A stretch of 64,000 nt of DNA from Hyphomicrobiales bacterium (GCA_003169835.1 PNAI01000034.1:4982-68981), one strand, 5' to 3'; shown: positions 36,959 through 46,952, counted from the first letter of the stretch. The notes: generated from the letters alone by a model not told the origin. Made by a program: numbers and translations.

Positions 36959-37885
36959 CTAGCGGACACCTGCCAGTTCGAGCGCCTCTTTGCCGTATTG
37001 GGCGCGGGCTTCGCCATAGATTGGTTTGACTGCCGCGACGAATGCTTCGTGTTCGCCGGGGTTTAGCGTGACGATTTCGCAGCCCGCGTCGATGATGGCG
37101 CGTTTGGCCTGTACGTCCTCTTCAATCGCCAGCCCGCGCTGGAACTCAATGGCGTCGGTGGCGGCTTCGCGAAACGCATCCTGCAGCTCATTCGGATAGG
37201 CATCGAACGTCGGCCGGTGCATAAAGATCGGCCGCGAGACGTAGAAGTGATTGCTCACCGTATGGAAGCGATGAAACTTGTGCACGCCGTATGTGACGGT
37301 ATTTGCCAACGGGTTTTCTTGCGCATCGATCTCGCCGGCCTTGATCGCCGCAATCGCCTCGGTGAGATCCCACATCAGCGGCACCGTGCCGAGCAACTCA
37401 AACGTCCGCGCCTGGATCTTGCTCGGCAGCACGCGAATACGCATGCCCGCGAGGTCCGCAGGCGTATGCACGGGCCGCAGCCGGTTCGACATCTGACGAA
37501 AGCCGTTCTCGAAGAAGCCGAGAATGCGGTAATCCACTTGCTCCTCGATCTTGCGAATGAGCAACTCTCCGAAGGCCCCGTCGATCGCCTTGCGCGCCTG
37601 ATCGTTGTTCTCGAACAGGAACGGCAGGTCGGCGATCCCAAGCTCGGCCACGCGATCGGTGAGGTAGCTGCTCGACTGATAGCCGAGCGTGAGCAGCCCG
37701 TGCTCGACCAGCCAGAGGATATCCTCCGCACGATAGCCGAGCTCCATGATGTTCCACACGTACTTGATGTCGACGCGGTCGCCGAATTTCGTCGTGAGCC
37801 GATCGCCGATGAATTTGAGCGAGCGGCTGAAGCCCGTGGTCGCGGGACCATACCCGCCCATGCGAATCTGTATTGCCTTGGCCAT
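36959..37885 (-). CDS. DctP-family (TRAP-type) solute-binding protein homologue without a signal peptide
   Basis: IQIRMGGYGP…LTLGYQSSSYL…ADLPFLF matches the DctP family. Start refined to the ATG at 37885. Only 56 nt separate it from the upstream Bug stop. No DctQ or DctM gene is nearby. Confidence 0.75.
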   Translation of the reverse strand: MAKAIQIRMGGYGPATTGFSRSLKFIGDRLTTKFGDRVDIKYVWNIMELGYRAEDILWLVEHGLLTLGYQSSSYLTDRVAELGIADLPFLFENNDQARKAIDGAFGELLIRKIEEQVDYRILGFFENGFRQMSNRLRPVHTPADLAGMRIRVLPSKIQARTFELLGTVPLMWDLTEAIAAIKAGEIDAQENPLANTVTYGVHKFHRFHTVSNHFYVSRPIFMHRPTFDAYPNELQDAFREAATDAIEFQRGLAIEEDVQAKRAIIDAGCEIVTLNPGEHEAFVAAVKPIYGEARAQYGKEALELAGVR

Positions 37886-37941
37886 GCGAATTTCCGTCGC
37901 CGCGCGTGTTCTACGATGCCTGGGAAGATTGGTGAGGTCTG

Positions 37942-38919
37942 CTATTCCGGCTTGATGTTGGCGTCCTTGGTGATTTTTGTATAGCGCTCCAGCTCGGATT
38001 GCAGGTATTTGCGCCACGCGTCGGGCTGGGTGGCAAGCGGCGACATGCCCTGAGTGTCGAGCATGGAGACGACATCCGACGCGGCGACCGCTTTGGCCAC
38101 CTCATCGCGCAGCCGTTGCGCAATGGCCGGTGGCGTGCCGGCGGGCGCGAGGATGCCGAACCAGCCGGCCATCTCGAAGTCCGGCACGCCCGCCTCGATC
38201 ATAGTCGGCACATTGGGCAGTGTGGCCGAGCGCTTGAGGCCGGTGACCCCGAGCGGCGTAACCTTGCCTTCCTTGGCTTGCACCGCCATCACCGGCATTG
38301 CGTCGAACATTCCGTCGATATGTCCGCCGAGCAGATCGTTCAGCGCCGGGCCAGCGCCCCGATAGTTGACGATATTGAGCTTGATCCCGGTCTTGGACAC
38401 CAGCAGCGCGGTCGCGAAATAAAGCGAGCTTCCCGTTCCACCGCCGGCGCCGAAGCTGAGCTTGCCGGGATCCTTTTTGGCAAGCTCGATAAGCGCGCCC
38501 ACGCTCTTGACCTCCAGATCGTTCTTCACGACCAAAATCAGCGGCCCGGTCGCGACTTCTGTGATCGGCGTGAGTTTGGTCAGATCGAAAGGATAACCGG
38601 GATGCAGCGGCTGCGTGATCAGCGTGCTGGTCGAGATAAAAAATAAGGTCGTCCCGTTGGGCGGCGAGGCCGTAAGATCGCGCAGCGCCGGAATAAAATT
38701 TCCGCCGGCTTTGTTCTCGACGATGACGTTGGCCTTAAGGCTTTCGCTCATCTTCGCCGCGACCAGTCGCGCCATGACGTCGGTCGCGCCGCCGGCCGCA
38801 AGCCCGACGATCATGCGGATCGTCTTGCCGGAGAAATCCTGCGCCGAGGCAGGGTAGGGCGCCACAGCGATTGCGCCCGATGCCAGTAGCCCAAGCAGCC
38901 AGTGTCTGAGCAATCTCAT
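37942..38919 (-). CDS. Bug-family (TctC-like) substrate-binding protein
   Basis: Signal peptide, then FSGKTIRMIVGLAAGGATDVMARLVA…ENKAGGN. Confidence 0.9.
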   Translation of the reverse strand: MRLLRHWLLGLLASGAIAVAPYPASAQDFSGKTIRMIVGLAAGGATDVMARLVAAKMSESLKANVIVENKAGGNFIPALRDLTASPPNGTTLFFISTSTLITQPLHPGYPFDLTKLTPITEVATGPLILVVKNDLEVKSVGALIELAKKDPGKLSFGAGGGTGSSLYFATALLVSKTGIKLNIVNYRGAGPALNDLLGGHIDGMFDAMPVMAVQAKEGKVTPLGVTGLKRSATLPNVPTMIEAGVPDFEMAGWFGILAPAGTPPAIAQRLRDEVAKAVAASDVVSMLDTQGMSPLATQPDAWRKYLQSELERYTKITKDANIKPE

Positions 38920-38944
38920 CGCGTCCTCCCTTTTTGTTTCTTGT

Positions 38945-41065
38945 TCATTCGGCCAGTAGCGTAGTCATGATGCGCTCGCGCGTCAGCGGCATATCACGGA
39001 TGCGTTTCCCCAGGGCACGCGCCACCGCGTTTCCGATCGCGGCGCAGGTCGGACCGACGGAGGTCTCGCCAAGCCCAAGCGCAGCCTCGTTCGGCGCGTC
39101 GATTAGCCGGATATCGATCTCCGGCACCTCGCTGAACCGCAAGATGGGATAGTCGTCCCATCCCGCGGCGGCGATCCGGCCGTCCTTGAAGCGGATTTGT
39201 TCCTTCATCGCGAAGCTCGCACCCATGATGATCCCGCCCTCGATCTGGTTGCGCGCCCCGTCCGGCGTGATCACGAGCCCCGCATCGGCCGCGCACCACA
39301 CGCGTTTGAGGCAAATCTCCTCGTCGACCTCGATCTCAACGACCACGGCGGCGAAGGCGGCAATGTTCTTATAGCGTGCAAAACCAAAGCCGTGCGCCCG
39401 CCCTTCGCCAAGAGTCTTGCTCTCGAACCAGCCGCTCATTTGCGCGACCGTCTCGACCACGCGCCGCGGGCGCGGGTCGGAGAGCAATGACAGGCGATAC
39501 GTCACCGGATCCTCGCCCGCGCGTTCCGCAAGCTCATCCATGAACGACTCGATGGCGAACACATTGGCCCACGCGCCAAGCCCGCGCAGCGAAGACGTAC
39601 GCAGCGGCACCTTCGGCAGCATGTGATGAATGAGCCGATGGCGCGGGAGATCGTAGATCGCGTAGGCGTTGCGCGTGGCCCCGCCGCCGCGCTCATCGGG
39701 CACGTCGCCGACCTCGTTCAAGGGCGGCGCGTTGGGCAGCGCTTCGGCGCCCGCGAAATTAGAATTGCCATTGTAGCCGGGGCGCTGGGCGTGCGGCGGG
39801 CTCCAGATTTCGATCGTCCAGTCGGCGGGCTTATTGTCGTGATCAAGCACGGCGCGCAATTCGATCGCCATGGCGGTGCTCAAGGGAGCCCCGGAAAATT
39901 CGTCCTCGCGTGACCATTGCACCCTAACGGTACGCCCCGGATGGCGCAGCGCAATGAAGGACGCATCGAATGCCGCATCATCGGCGGTGTTGTGCCCGTA
40001 CGCGCCCGCGCCCTGGCGGTGGAACACGCTCACCTGCGAAGCCTTCAGACTCAGCGCGCGCGCGAGCCATTCGCGCACCACGGCTGGCCCTTGCGTGTGC
40101 GACCACACTTTGAGCGCGCCGTCCTGGAATTGCGCCAGCGCGCAGGCCGTCCCGATCGAGCCATAGGTCAGGAACGGCCGCGAATAGCGCGCCGAGAACA
40201 CTTTTCCTTCGGTGCGGCCCTTGAGCCCCGTTTCTACCGTGCGGTCGCGTGCGACTTGCGCCTTGAGCCAGTCTGGCGTGCCCGCATTGTCGGGCAATGG
40301 CTCGCCGCCCTCCCAGCGCGCCACCGACCGGGCGGCCTCCGCAGCTCGCATGACATTGATTTCGGCGTCAGCCATGAACGCGACGAAATTGCCCTCGCGC
40401 AAGATTTCAATCGGCGCCTTCGCGGCTTTGCGCACGGCGCTCTCATCGAGCGCAACGAGCCGTGCGCCGCGCCACGGTTGCCGCAGCACGCGCGCGTGCA
40501 GCACGTTTTCTGCAACAATGTCGTGAATGAACGCAGCGCCGGCAACCTTCGCCGGCAGATCGACCCGCGGAATGTTTTTTCCGACGACGCGATAGCTCGA
40601 TGGCAGCTTGGTCGGTGCGGTGCCGCTCGCACGGCGATCGAGCGCCACATCGCCTGCGATGGCCCAATAGTCCATGCCGGTGTCTTTCCCTGCACGGAAA
40701 AATCTCCCGTCCTCGATCGAAAGCTCATTTGCCTTGCAGCCGAGCTTTTCGGCGGCGCGCTCCAGGAAAAGCGAGCGCACCTCGGCGCAGACCAGGCGAA
40801 TGGACGCGCCACCAATGGCGATCGAATAGCTCCCCGAAGTGAATCCCTCGTTCGGGCTGAAATCCGTCTGCCCGGAAACGAGATTCACCTGCCCGAACGT
40901 CACATCGAGTTCTTCCGCGGCGATCTGCGCCAGTGCCGTAACGATGCCCTGGCCGATTTCCACCCTGCCGCTGCCGACGCGCACGCGCCCCGGCTCGTCG
41001 AATGCGATCCATTGCGAGAGCAGCGGATTGTCGATCAGGCTTTGCGGCAGCGAATTCGAGATCAT
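38945..41065 (-). CDS. Molybdopterin-binding large subunit of a xanthine dehydrogenase / aldehyde oxidase-family hydroxylase (IorB-like)
   Basis: About 706 aa from the ATG at 41065 (MISNSLPQSLIDNPLL…VEIGQGIVTALAQIAAEEL). ATGA overlap with the 2Fe-2S subunit gene. Confidence 0.85.
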   Translation of the reverse strand: MISNSLPQSLIDNPLLSQWIAFDEPGRVRVGSGRVEIGQGIVTALAQIAAEELDVTFGQVNLVSGQTDFSPNEGFTSGSYSIAIGGASIRLVCAEVRSLFLERAAEKLGCKANELSIEDGRFFRAGKDTGMDYWAIAGDVALDRRASGTAPTKLPSSYRVVGKNIPRVDLPAKVAGAAFIHDIVAENVLHARVLRQPWRGARLVALDESAVRKAAKAPIEILREGNFVAFMADAEINVMRAAEAARSVARWEGGEPLPDNAGTPDWLKAQVARDRTVETGLKGRTEGKVFSARYSRPFLTYGSIGTACALAQFQDGALKVWSHTQGPAVVREWLARALSLKASQVSVFHRQGAGAYGHNTADDAAFDASFIALRHPGRTVRVQWSREDEFSGAPLSTAMAIELRAVLDHDNKPADWTIEIWSPPHAQRPGYNGNSNFAGAEALPNAPPLNEVGDVPDERGGGATRNAYAIYDLPRHRLIHHMLPKVPLRTSSLRGLGAWANVFAIESFMDELAERAGEDPVTYRLSLLSDPRPRRVVETVAQMSGWFESKTLGEGRAHGFGFARYKNIAAFAAVVVEIEVDEEICLKRVWCAADAGLVITPDGARNQIEGGIIMGASFAMKEQIRFKDGRIAAAGWDDYPILRFSEVPEIDIRLIDAPNEAALGLGETSVGPTCAAIGNAVARALGKRIRDMPLTRERIMTTLLAE

Positions 41066-41550
41066 GCGGCGGCTCCTGCCATGGCCGCGCTCGCCCGCTG
41101 CACGGCGCGAATGACGCGATTGTGCATGCCGCAACGGCAAAGGTGCTTGTCTAGCGCTTCGACGATCTCCGCACGGCTTGGGCGTTTGTTGCGTTCAAGT
41201 AGCGCCGCAGCCGATATCAAAATCCCCGAAAGACAATAGCCGCATTGGCCGGCTTGCTCGTCCAGAAACGCCTGCTGCAGCGGATGCAGCGCGCCGTTGC
41301 ACGCAAGCCCCTCGATGGTCGTCACGCTTTTCCCAGCCGCGCTTTCGACGGTCCGCGTGCAGGCAAAGTCCGGCACGCCGTCGATCAGCACCATGCACGT
41401 GCCGCATTGCTCCGTGCCGCAGCCAAAGCGCGTCCCGCGCAGGTTCAGTTCATCGCGCAGCACCGCAAGCAGCGGCGTTGCCTCATCGGCATCGACATGA
41501 ACGGACCTGCCGTTGACGACGAGGTCGCAACCTTTGCTCATGCCAGCCAA
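41062..41550 (-). CDS. (2Fe-2S)-binding small subunit of the Mo-hydroxylase (IorA/CoxS-like)
   Basis: Cysteine clusters CGTEQCGTC and CGYC…CRCG. Confidence 0.9.
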   Translation of the reverse strand: MAGMSKGCDLVVNGRSVHVDADEATPLLAVLRDELNLRGTRFGCGTEQCGTCMVLIDGVPDFACTRTVESAAGKSVTTIEGLACNGALHPLQQAFLDEQAGQCGYCLSGILISAAALLERNKRPSRAEIVEALDKHLCRCGMHNRVIRAVQRASAAMAGAAA

Positions 41551-42543
41551 CTATTCCGCTTTGATGTGGTGCGTGTCGATGAACTTGGTCCAGTTCACGA
41601 TCTCGTTCTGCAATTTTGTTTTCAAGGCAGGCGCCGGCAAATATTCGGGTTCGATCGCGAGCTTGGCGAGGCGTTCGCGCACGGCGGGGTTGTTCAGCAC
41701 CGTCTGCACGGCCTTGTCTAGTTTCGCTTTCACCGGCTCAGGGATACCCGCCGGCCCGAAGATGCCGAACCAGAATCCGAGCGCGACGTCGTCAGTCTTC
41801 ACGCCGGCCTCCGGCAAAGTTGGGACGTTCGGCAGAACTGCGGCTCGCTTCTTGCTGGTCACCGCAAGTCCTTTGATTCGGCCACCTTCCACCAGTCCGC
41901 GCGCGACCTGGATCGACGTCATGGCCATCGGCACGTGTCCGGCGATCACGTCGTTGATCGCTTGGCCGCCGCCTTTGTAGGGCACGTGCACGGCATCGAA
42001 GCCGGCGCCAACCCTGAACACTTCAAACGACAAATGCGCGACGCTTCCGATCCCCGCGGATGCAAAATTCATTTTCTGCGGTGTGCTTTTCGCAAGCGCC
42101 ACCAATTCCGCAACGTTATTGACGGGAACATTGTTGCTCACCACCAGAACCGACGGCGAGCTCGCGAGCCCCGCGATCGCATCGTACTGTTTCACCGGAT
42201 CGAACGTGGACTGGGTTTTCTTGTATAGCGCCTGGCTTATGCCAAGCGCATTTTCCGCAAGCAGCAACGTGTAACCGTCCGGGTCCGATGAAGCGACAAA
42301 ATTCCAGGCGATATATCCGTTTGCGCCAGGCTTGTTCTCGATGACGATTGGTTGGCCGAGCGCGTCCCCGAGATCGTTCGAAAGTTGCCGCGCCAGCGTG
42401 TCGGTCGCGCCTCCGGGTACGAACGCAACGATCAGCCGGATTGGCCGGTCCGGATAATTTTGCGCCTGCACGGAAAACGCCGCGCCAAATATCGCACCCA
42501 GCATCGCATACGAGGCGAGGCCCCACCGAACGAGTTGCAGCAT
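41551..42543 (-). CDS. Bug-family (TctC-like) substrate-binding protein
   Basis: Signal peptide, then YPDRPIRLIVAFVPGGATDTLARQL…ENKPGANG. Its stop directly abuts the 2Fe-2S gene start. Confidence 0.9.
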   Translation of the reverse strand: MLQLVRWGLASYAMLGAIFGAAFSVQAQNYPDRPIRLIVAFVPGGATDTLARQLSNDLGDALGQPIVIENKPGANGYIAWNFVASSDPDGYTLLLAENALGISQALYKKTQSTFDPVKQYDAIAGLASSPSVLVVSNNVPVNNVAELVALAKSTPQKMNFASAGIGSVAHLSFEVFRVGAGFDAVHVPYKGGGQAINDVIAGHVPMAMTSIQVARGLVEGGRIKGLAVTSKKRAAVLPNVPTLPEAGVKTDDVALGFWFGIFGPAGIPEPVKAKLDKAVQTVLNNPAVRERLAKLAIEPEYLPAPALKTKLQNEIVNWTKFIDTHHIKAE

Positions 42544-42573
42544 GACATCCTCCCGGTTTTGTTTCCGCCCATA

Positions 42574-43743
42574 CTACATATTCGCGAGCAGCCAGTCGCC
42601 GATGTAATCGATGCCCAATTGCCGATGGTCGACCTGGCAGTGCTCGGCCCCGCCTTCCTCTGCGGTGAAGATCCTGATGTGTTTGCGCTTGGAGCCGACC
42701 TTCTCAAAGAGTTTCTTGGCCTCTGCAAGCGGGACCACCCGGTCATCCTCACCGTGCAACACGAGGAACGGGCATTCGATGCGCTGTGCAATTCCTTCGA
42801 GTGTGAAGCGCTCCGACCATTCCAGTGCTGTGGCGTTGTCCGGCGCGCCAACTACCCAGCGGAACTGAAAGTTTGACGTCGAACTGGTCCGCGCGTCCAC
42901 TGCGAGCTTCGCCTTATTGCCCGCGACCCATTCGTGCATGTCCCAATGCATCGCACCGAACGCTATGCAACCGGCGTAGCGCTTATCGCATCCGGCGATG
43001 CGCGGCGCGTGATAGCCGCCGAAGCTGTAGCCCATCACCGCCACGCGTTTGGGATCGGCTTCCGGCCGCGCGGCAATGAAGTCATAGGCCGCTCGGCCCG
43101 GCACCTCGTAATCGTGCCGGCTCGGAATGTTACGCAGCCGCAATGTCTCCGACTGCCCGGGCCCGTCGATCGCCAGCGTGTTGATGCCGCGTTTGGCGAA
43201 ATCGAGGCCGGCGAAGATCACGCTCATTTCCTTGGCGTTGTCCATGCCGTCGAACAGCACCACCGTCGGCCGCCGTCCGCCGCCGCGGCCTTTGACGAAA
43301 TAGGCCGGAAGACTTTTGCCTTCGTAGGGGACCTCGACCCGCTCGATATCCGGGTGCAGCCGCTCCATCGCTGCCTGCCAGCAGCGTAGCGCTTTGCGAT
43401 ACACCGCCATCTTCTCGTCGCCCGGCGGGATGAAGCGCTCCCCGCTATAGTAGTAATTGCCCGCCCGCATGTAGTGATGCCCGGCGGTGATCTCGCGCCC
43501 TTCCGCTGCGGCCGCATCCGCCACTTTGGCGAGCCGATCCGCCACGGCCGACCATTCCTCCTGCCACGCGCGGTCGAGATCGGCCTCGCCTGCGCGCGCA
43601 TTGAGCCGCTGCCCGATGCGATCGACCTCGGCCATCGCGACCGCGCCATAGGGCGCCATGCCTTTGACGATCTGCATGGCGTTGCTCCAACGCAGATTGC
43701 CCGGAAAATGCACCGCCCAGCTGCTACCTACGTCGCCCGCCAT
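42574..43743 (-). CDS. Alpha/beta-hydrolase (FrsA/DUF1100-like)
   Basis: Nucleophile elbow GYSFGG, and an architecture of an N-terminal helical domain followed by an alpha/beta fold. Confidence 0.7.
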   Translation of the reverse strand: MAGDVGSSWAVHFPGNLRWSNAMQIVKGMAPYGAVAMAEVDRIGQRLNARAGEADLDRAWQEEWSAVADRLAKVADAAAAEGREITAGHHYMRAGNYYYSGERFIPPGDEKMAVYRKALRCWQAAMERLHPDIERVEVPYEGKSLPAYFVKGRGGGRRPTVVLFDGMDNAKEMSVIFAGLDFAKRGINTLAIDGPGQSETLRLRNIPSRHDYEVPGRAAYDFIAARPEADPKRVAVMGYSFGGYHAPRIAGCDKRYAGCIAFGAMHWDMHEWVAGNKAKLAVDARTSSTSNFQFRWVVGAPDNATALEWSERFTLEGIAQRIECPFLVLHGEDDRVVPLAEAKKLFEKVGSKRKHIRIFTAEEGGAEHCQVDHRQLGIDYIGDWLLANM

Positions 43744-43869
43744 AGTCGCGTTTCCTTCCTGGATTTGCCCCGAACGAGGTGGCTACAATGAAAACGTTGC
43801 ACCGCCGACGCGCAAGGGGGCGGAAAAGGGGGCCGGTCGCGAGCGTTATGCGGCCGCGGGATTTGCCGG

Positions 43870-45036
43870 ATGGATTTTTCATTGACCGACGACCAAGAGG
43901 CGATCCGCTTAAACGTCGGAAAAATCTGCGCGCGCTTTGGCGACGACTACTGGCTGCGCAAGGACCGCGAAGGCGGCTTTCCGAGCGATTTTCACCGCGC
44001 CTTCGCCGATGACGGCTGGCTCGGCATCTGCATCCCACAGCAATTCGGCGGCTCAGGGCTGGGGCTGACCGAAGCGGCCATCATGATGCAAGCAATCGCG
44101 GAATCTGGCGCGGGCCTCTCCGGCGCGTCCGCGCTGCACATGAATATTTTCGGGCTCAACCCGGTGATCCACTTCGGCAGCGACGCGCAGAAGGAGCGCA
44201 TGCTGCCGCCGCTCGCCGCCGGTCGCGACCAGGCGTGCTTTGCTGTCACCGAGCCCGACGCCGGTCTCGATACGTTGAAAATCAAGACCAAGGCGGTGCG
44301 CCAGGGAATTCATTATGTGATTTCCGGCCAGAAGATCTGGATCTCGACCGCGCAGGTCGCAAACAAGATGCTGATCCTCGTGCGCACCACCCCGCTCGAA
44401 GACGCCAAGGCGCGTACCGAGGGCTTGAGTCTTTTCTACACCGACTTCGACCGCAGCCACATCGAGGTGCGCGAGATCGAAAAGATGGGCCGGTCGGCGG
44501 TCGATTCAAACCAGGTGTTCTTCGACAATCTGCCGGTACCGATCGCCGATCGCATCGGCGAGGAGGGCAACGGCTTCAAATACATCCTGCACGGCATGAA
44601 TGCCGAGCGCATTTTGATTGCCGCCGAAGCCATCGGCCTCGGCCGCGTAGCGCTCAAGCGCGCCGCCAAGTACGCCAACGAGCGCGTCGTGTTCGATCGC
44701 CCCATCGGTCAGAACCAGTCCATCCAGCATCCGCTCGCGCAAAGCTGGATGGAGCTCGAGGCCGCCAATCTCATGGTGTTCAAGGCGGCCTCGCTCTACG
44801 ACCGCGGCGCGTCCTGCGGGGCCGAAGCCAACGCCGCAAAATATCTCGGTGCGGAAGCGGCCTTCACCGCCTGCGAGCGCGCGGTGATGACCCATGGCGG
44901 CATGGGCTATGCCAAGGAATATCACGTCGAACGCTACCTGCGCGAAGTAATGATCCCGCGGCTTGCACCCGTGAGCCAGCAGATGATCCTCAACTTCATC
45001 GCCGAGAAGGTACTCGGCCTGCCGAAGTCGTATTGA
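43870..45036 (+). CDS. Acyl-CoA dehydrogenase-family protein
   Basis: MDFSLTDDQEAIR… is a typical ACAD N-terminus. Three-domain length of 388 aa. Confidence 0.85.
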   Translation: MDFSLTDDQEAIRLNVGKICARFGDDYWLRKDREGGFPSDFHRAFADDGWLGICIPQQFGGSGLGLTEAAIMMQAIAESGAGLSGASALHMNIFGLNPVIHFGSDAQKERMLPPLAAGRDQACFAVTEPDAGLDTLKIKTKAVRQGIHYVISGQKIWISTAQVANKMLILVRTTPLEDAKARTEGLSLFYTDFDRSHIEVREIEKMGRSAVDSNQVFFDNLPVPIADRIGEEGNGFKYILHGMNAERILIAAEAIGLGRVALKRAAKYANERVVFDRPIGQNQSIQHPLAQSWMELEAANLMVFKAASLYDRGASCGAEANAAKYLGAEAAFTACERAVMTHGGMGYAKEYHVERYLREVMIPRLAPVSQQMILNFIAEKVLGLPKSY

Positions 45037-45060
45037 ACAACCAAACGGAAAAAGCCCCGC

Positions 45061-46068
45061 ATGCGCTACATAGACGCCTTCAATCATTTTTTCCCAAAAC
45101 GCTATTTCGACGCACTGGTTGAATCGCCCGCGGCGCAGAAGGACATCGGCAAGCGCGTGCGCGGCATCCCCGCGCTCTACGATCTCGATCTGCGGCTCAA
45201 AGTGGTCGATCAATTTCCCGATTACACCCAGGTGCTCTCGCTTGGCCTGCCCATGATCGAGCGCTTGTGGGGGCCGGAAAAATCTCCTGAGATGTCGCGC
45301 ATCGCCAACGACGGCCTCGCCGAAGTCGCTTCAAAACATCCGGATCGTTTCGCAGGCTATTCCGCGACGCTGCCCATGAATGCGCCGGAGGCTGCGGCGC
45401 GCGAGGCCGAACGCGCACTGAAAAACGGCGCCAACGCCATCCAGATCGGCACCAACGCCGGTGGCTTAGCCATCGACGACAAGAAATACTGGCCGATCTA
45501 CGAGGTGATCGAAAAGTCCGGCAAGCCGATCCTGCTGCATCCAGCACGCACCCGCGAAATGGCAGATTTCGTCGGCGAGACCAAGTCGAAATACGAAATC
45601 TGCAGCGTACTCGGTTGGCCGTTCGAGACCGGCGTCACGCTCTCGCGCTTCATTTTCTCCGGTATCATGGATGCCTATCCGAAACTCAAAGTCATTGCGC
45701 ACCATCTCGGCGGCGTGATCCCCTATCTCGAAGGCCGCATCGGTCACAGCTTCGACCAGCTCGGCGTGCGCACGTCCGACGAGGACTACGGCGCGTTGCT
45801 CAAGAGCCTCAAAAAACGCCCGTTCGACTATTTCAAGAATTTCTACGGCGACACCGCCATCGAAGGCGTGCGCGCGCCCATGGTCTGCGGCATTGACTTC
45901 TTCGGCGCCGACCACGTGCTTTTTGCGTCCGATTGCCCCTTCGACAAGGAAAAAGGCCCGGGCTACATCCGCTCCACCATCGCCGTGCTCGACGAAATCA
46001 AATTGTCACCCGCCGACAAGGAAAAAATCTGCTTCCGCAACGCGCAGAAGATGTTTGGGGTGGGATAG
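45061..46068 (+). CDS. Amidohydrolase-2 family protein (ACMSD/LigW-like metal-dependent hydrolase or decarboxylase)
   Basis: MRYIDAFNHFFP…ILLHPA…HHLGG…FASDCPF motif series. Confidence 0.8.
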   Translation: MRYIDAFNHFFPKRYFDALVESPAAQKDIGKRVRGIPALYDLDLRLKVVDQFPDYTQVLSLGLPMIERLWGPEKSPEMSRIANDGLAEVASKHPDRFAGYSATLPMNAPEAAAREAERALKNGANAIQIGTNAGGLAIDDKKYWPIYEVIEKSGKPILLHPARTREMADFVGETKSKYEICSVLGWPFETGVTLSRFIFSGIMDAYPKLKVIAHHLGGVIPYLEGRIGHSFDQLGVRTSDEDYGALLKSLKKRPFDYFKNFYGDTAIEGVRAPMVCGIDFFGADHVLFASDCPFDKEKGPGYIRSTIAVLDEIKLSPADKEKICFRNAQKMFGVG

Positions 46069-46202
46069 GGATAAGAGGTCCGGGAGTAGTAGCGCGGTAC
46101 GGCGGCCAATGCCTTCTCGGTTGTGGTTGAATAACGCATGATTTGTGGTGTTTAAAGGAGTACTCCGACAATCGTCGGTTTCTTAGGGAGGAATACGGAC
46201 TC

Positions 46203-46877
46203 ATGAACAAGAAGCTTGGAATGACCCTGCTCGCGGCGCTGGCTGTGACCGGTGTTGGCTTGGTCGCGACGGTCGAGGCCCAGCAAAATCAGTTGGCTAA
46301 TATGACGTTTTTCGTCACCAGCGCAGGCAAGGGCAGCGGTGCCGATCTCGGCGGGCTCGATGGGGCCGATGCCCATTGCACGGCACTGGCCAAGGCGGCC
46401 GGCGCCAAGGCAACGGTGTGGAAGGCCTACTTGAGCACGACGGCGCCAGGCGGCGATGCCGGCGTCAACGCGCGCGATCGCATCGGCAAGGGCCCGTGGA
46501 AGAACGCCAAGGGTATGGTGGTGGCCAAGAATGTGAACGATCTGCATTCGGCCGCCAACAAGCTCAACAAGCAGAACGCGCTGACCGAGAAGGGCGAGAT
46601 CAATCCTGGCGGCGGCGATCCGGTGAACCAGCACGACATTCTCACCGGCTCTGATCCGGAAGGAATGTACTCAACAGCCGGCGGCGACACGACTTGCGGC
46701 AATTGGTCGAAGAGTGGCGAGGGCTCGGCCATCGTCGGGCATCACGACCTGCGAGGTCTGAAACCCACCAGGCACATGATGTCCTGGAATTCATCGCACG
46801 GCTCGCGCGGCTGCAGTCAGGACCAGCTCAAGGCATCCGGCGGCGCCGGATTGTTTTATTGCTTCGCCGCGAACTAG
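46203..46877 (+). CDS. Secreted four-cysteine protein with an endostatin/DUF1554-like (C-type-lectin-fold) pattern
   Basis: RBS GGAGG. Signal peptide MNKKLGMTLLAALAVTGVGLVATVEA. LGGLDGADAHCTALAKAAG…WKAYLST and GSDPEG…CGNW parallel endostatin GIRGADFQCFQQARAVGL…FRAFLSS and GSDPNG…CETW (recalled, unverified). Confidence 0.65.
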   Translation: MNKKLGMTLLAALAVTGVGLVATVEAQQNQLANMTFFVTSAGKGSGADLGGLDGADAHCTALAKAAGAKATVWKAYLSTTAPGGDAGVNARDRIGKGPWKNAKGMVVAKNVNDLHSAANKLNKQNALTEKGEINPGGGDPVNQHDILTGSDPEGMYSTAGGDTTCGNWSKSGEGSAIVGHHDLRGLKPTRHMMSWNSSHGSRGCSQDQLKASGGAGLFYCFAAN

Positions 46878-46905
46878 CTCGCCTCTAATAAGTTCGGATC
46901 GTTAC

Positions 46906-46952
46906 TTCTTGCTGCGCGAATTTCTAAACCAATCTGCGCAGCAAGAATTTTT
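46906..46952 (+). terminator. Rho-independent terminator
   Basis: 12-bp stem TTCTTGCTGCGC / GCGCAGCAAGAA with an 18-nt loop, followed by TTTTT (46948-52), 29 nt after the stop. Confidence 0.7.

Noticed and set aside
39917-41239. 440-aa plus-strand ORF
   Set aside because: It lies antisense to the molybdopterin large-subunit gene. Its composition is Arg/Ala/His-rich.
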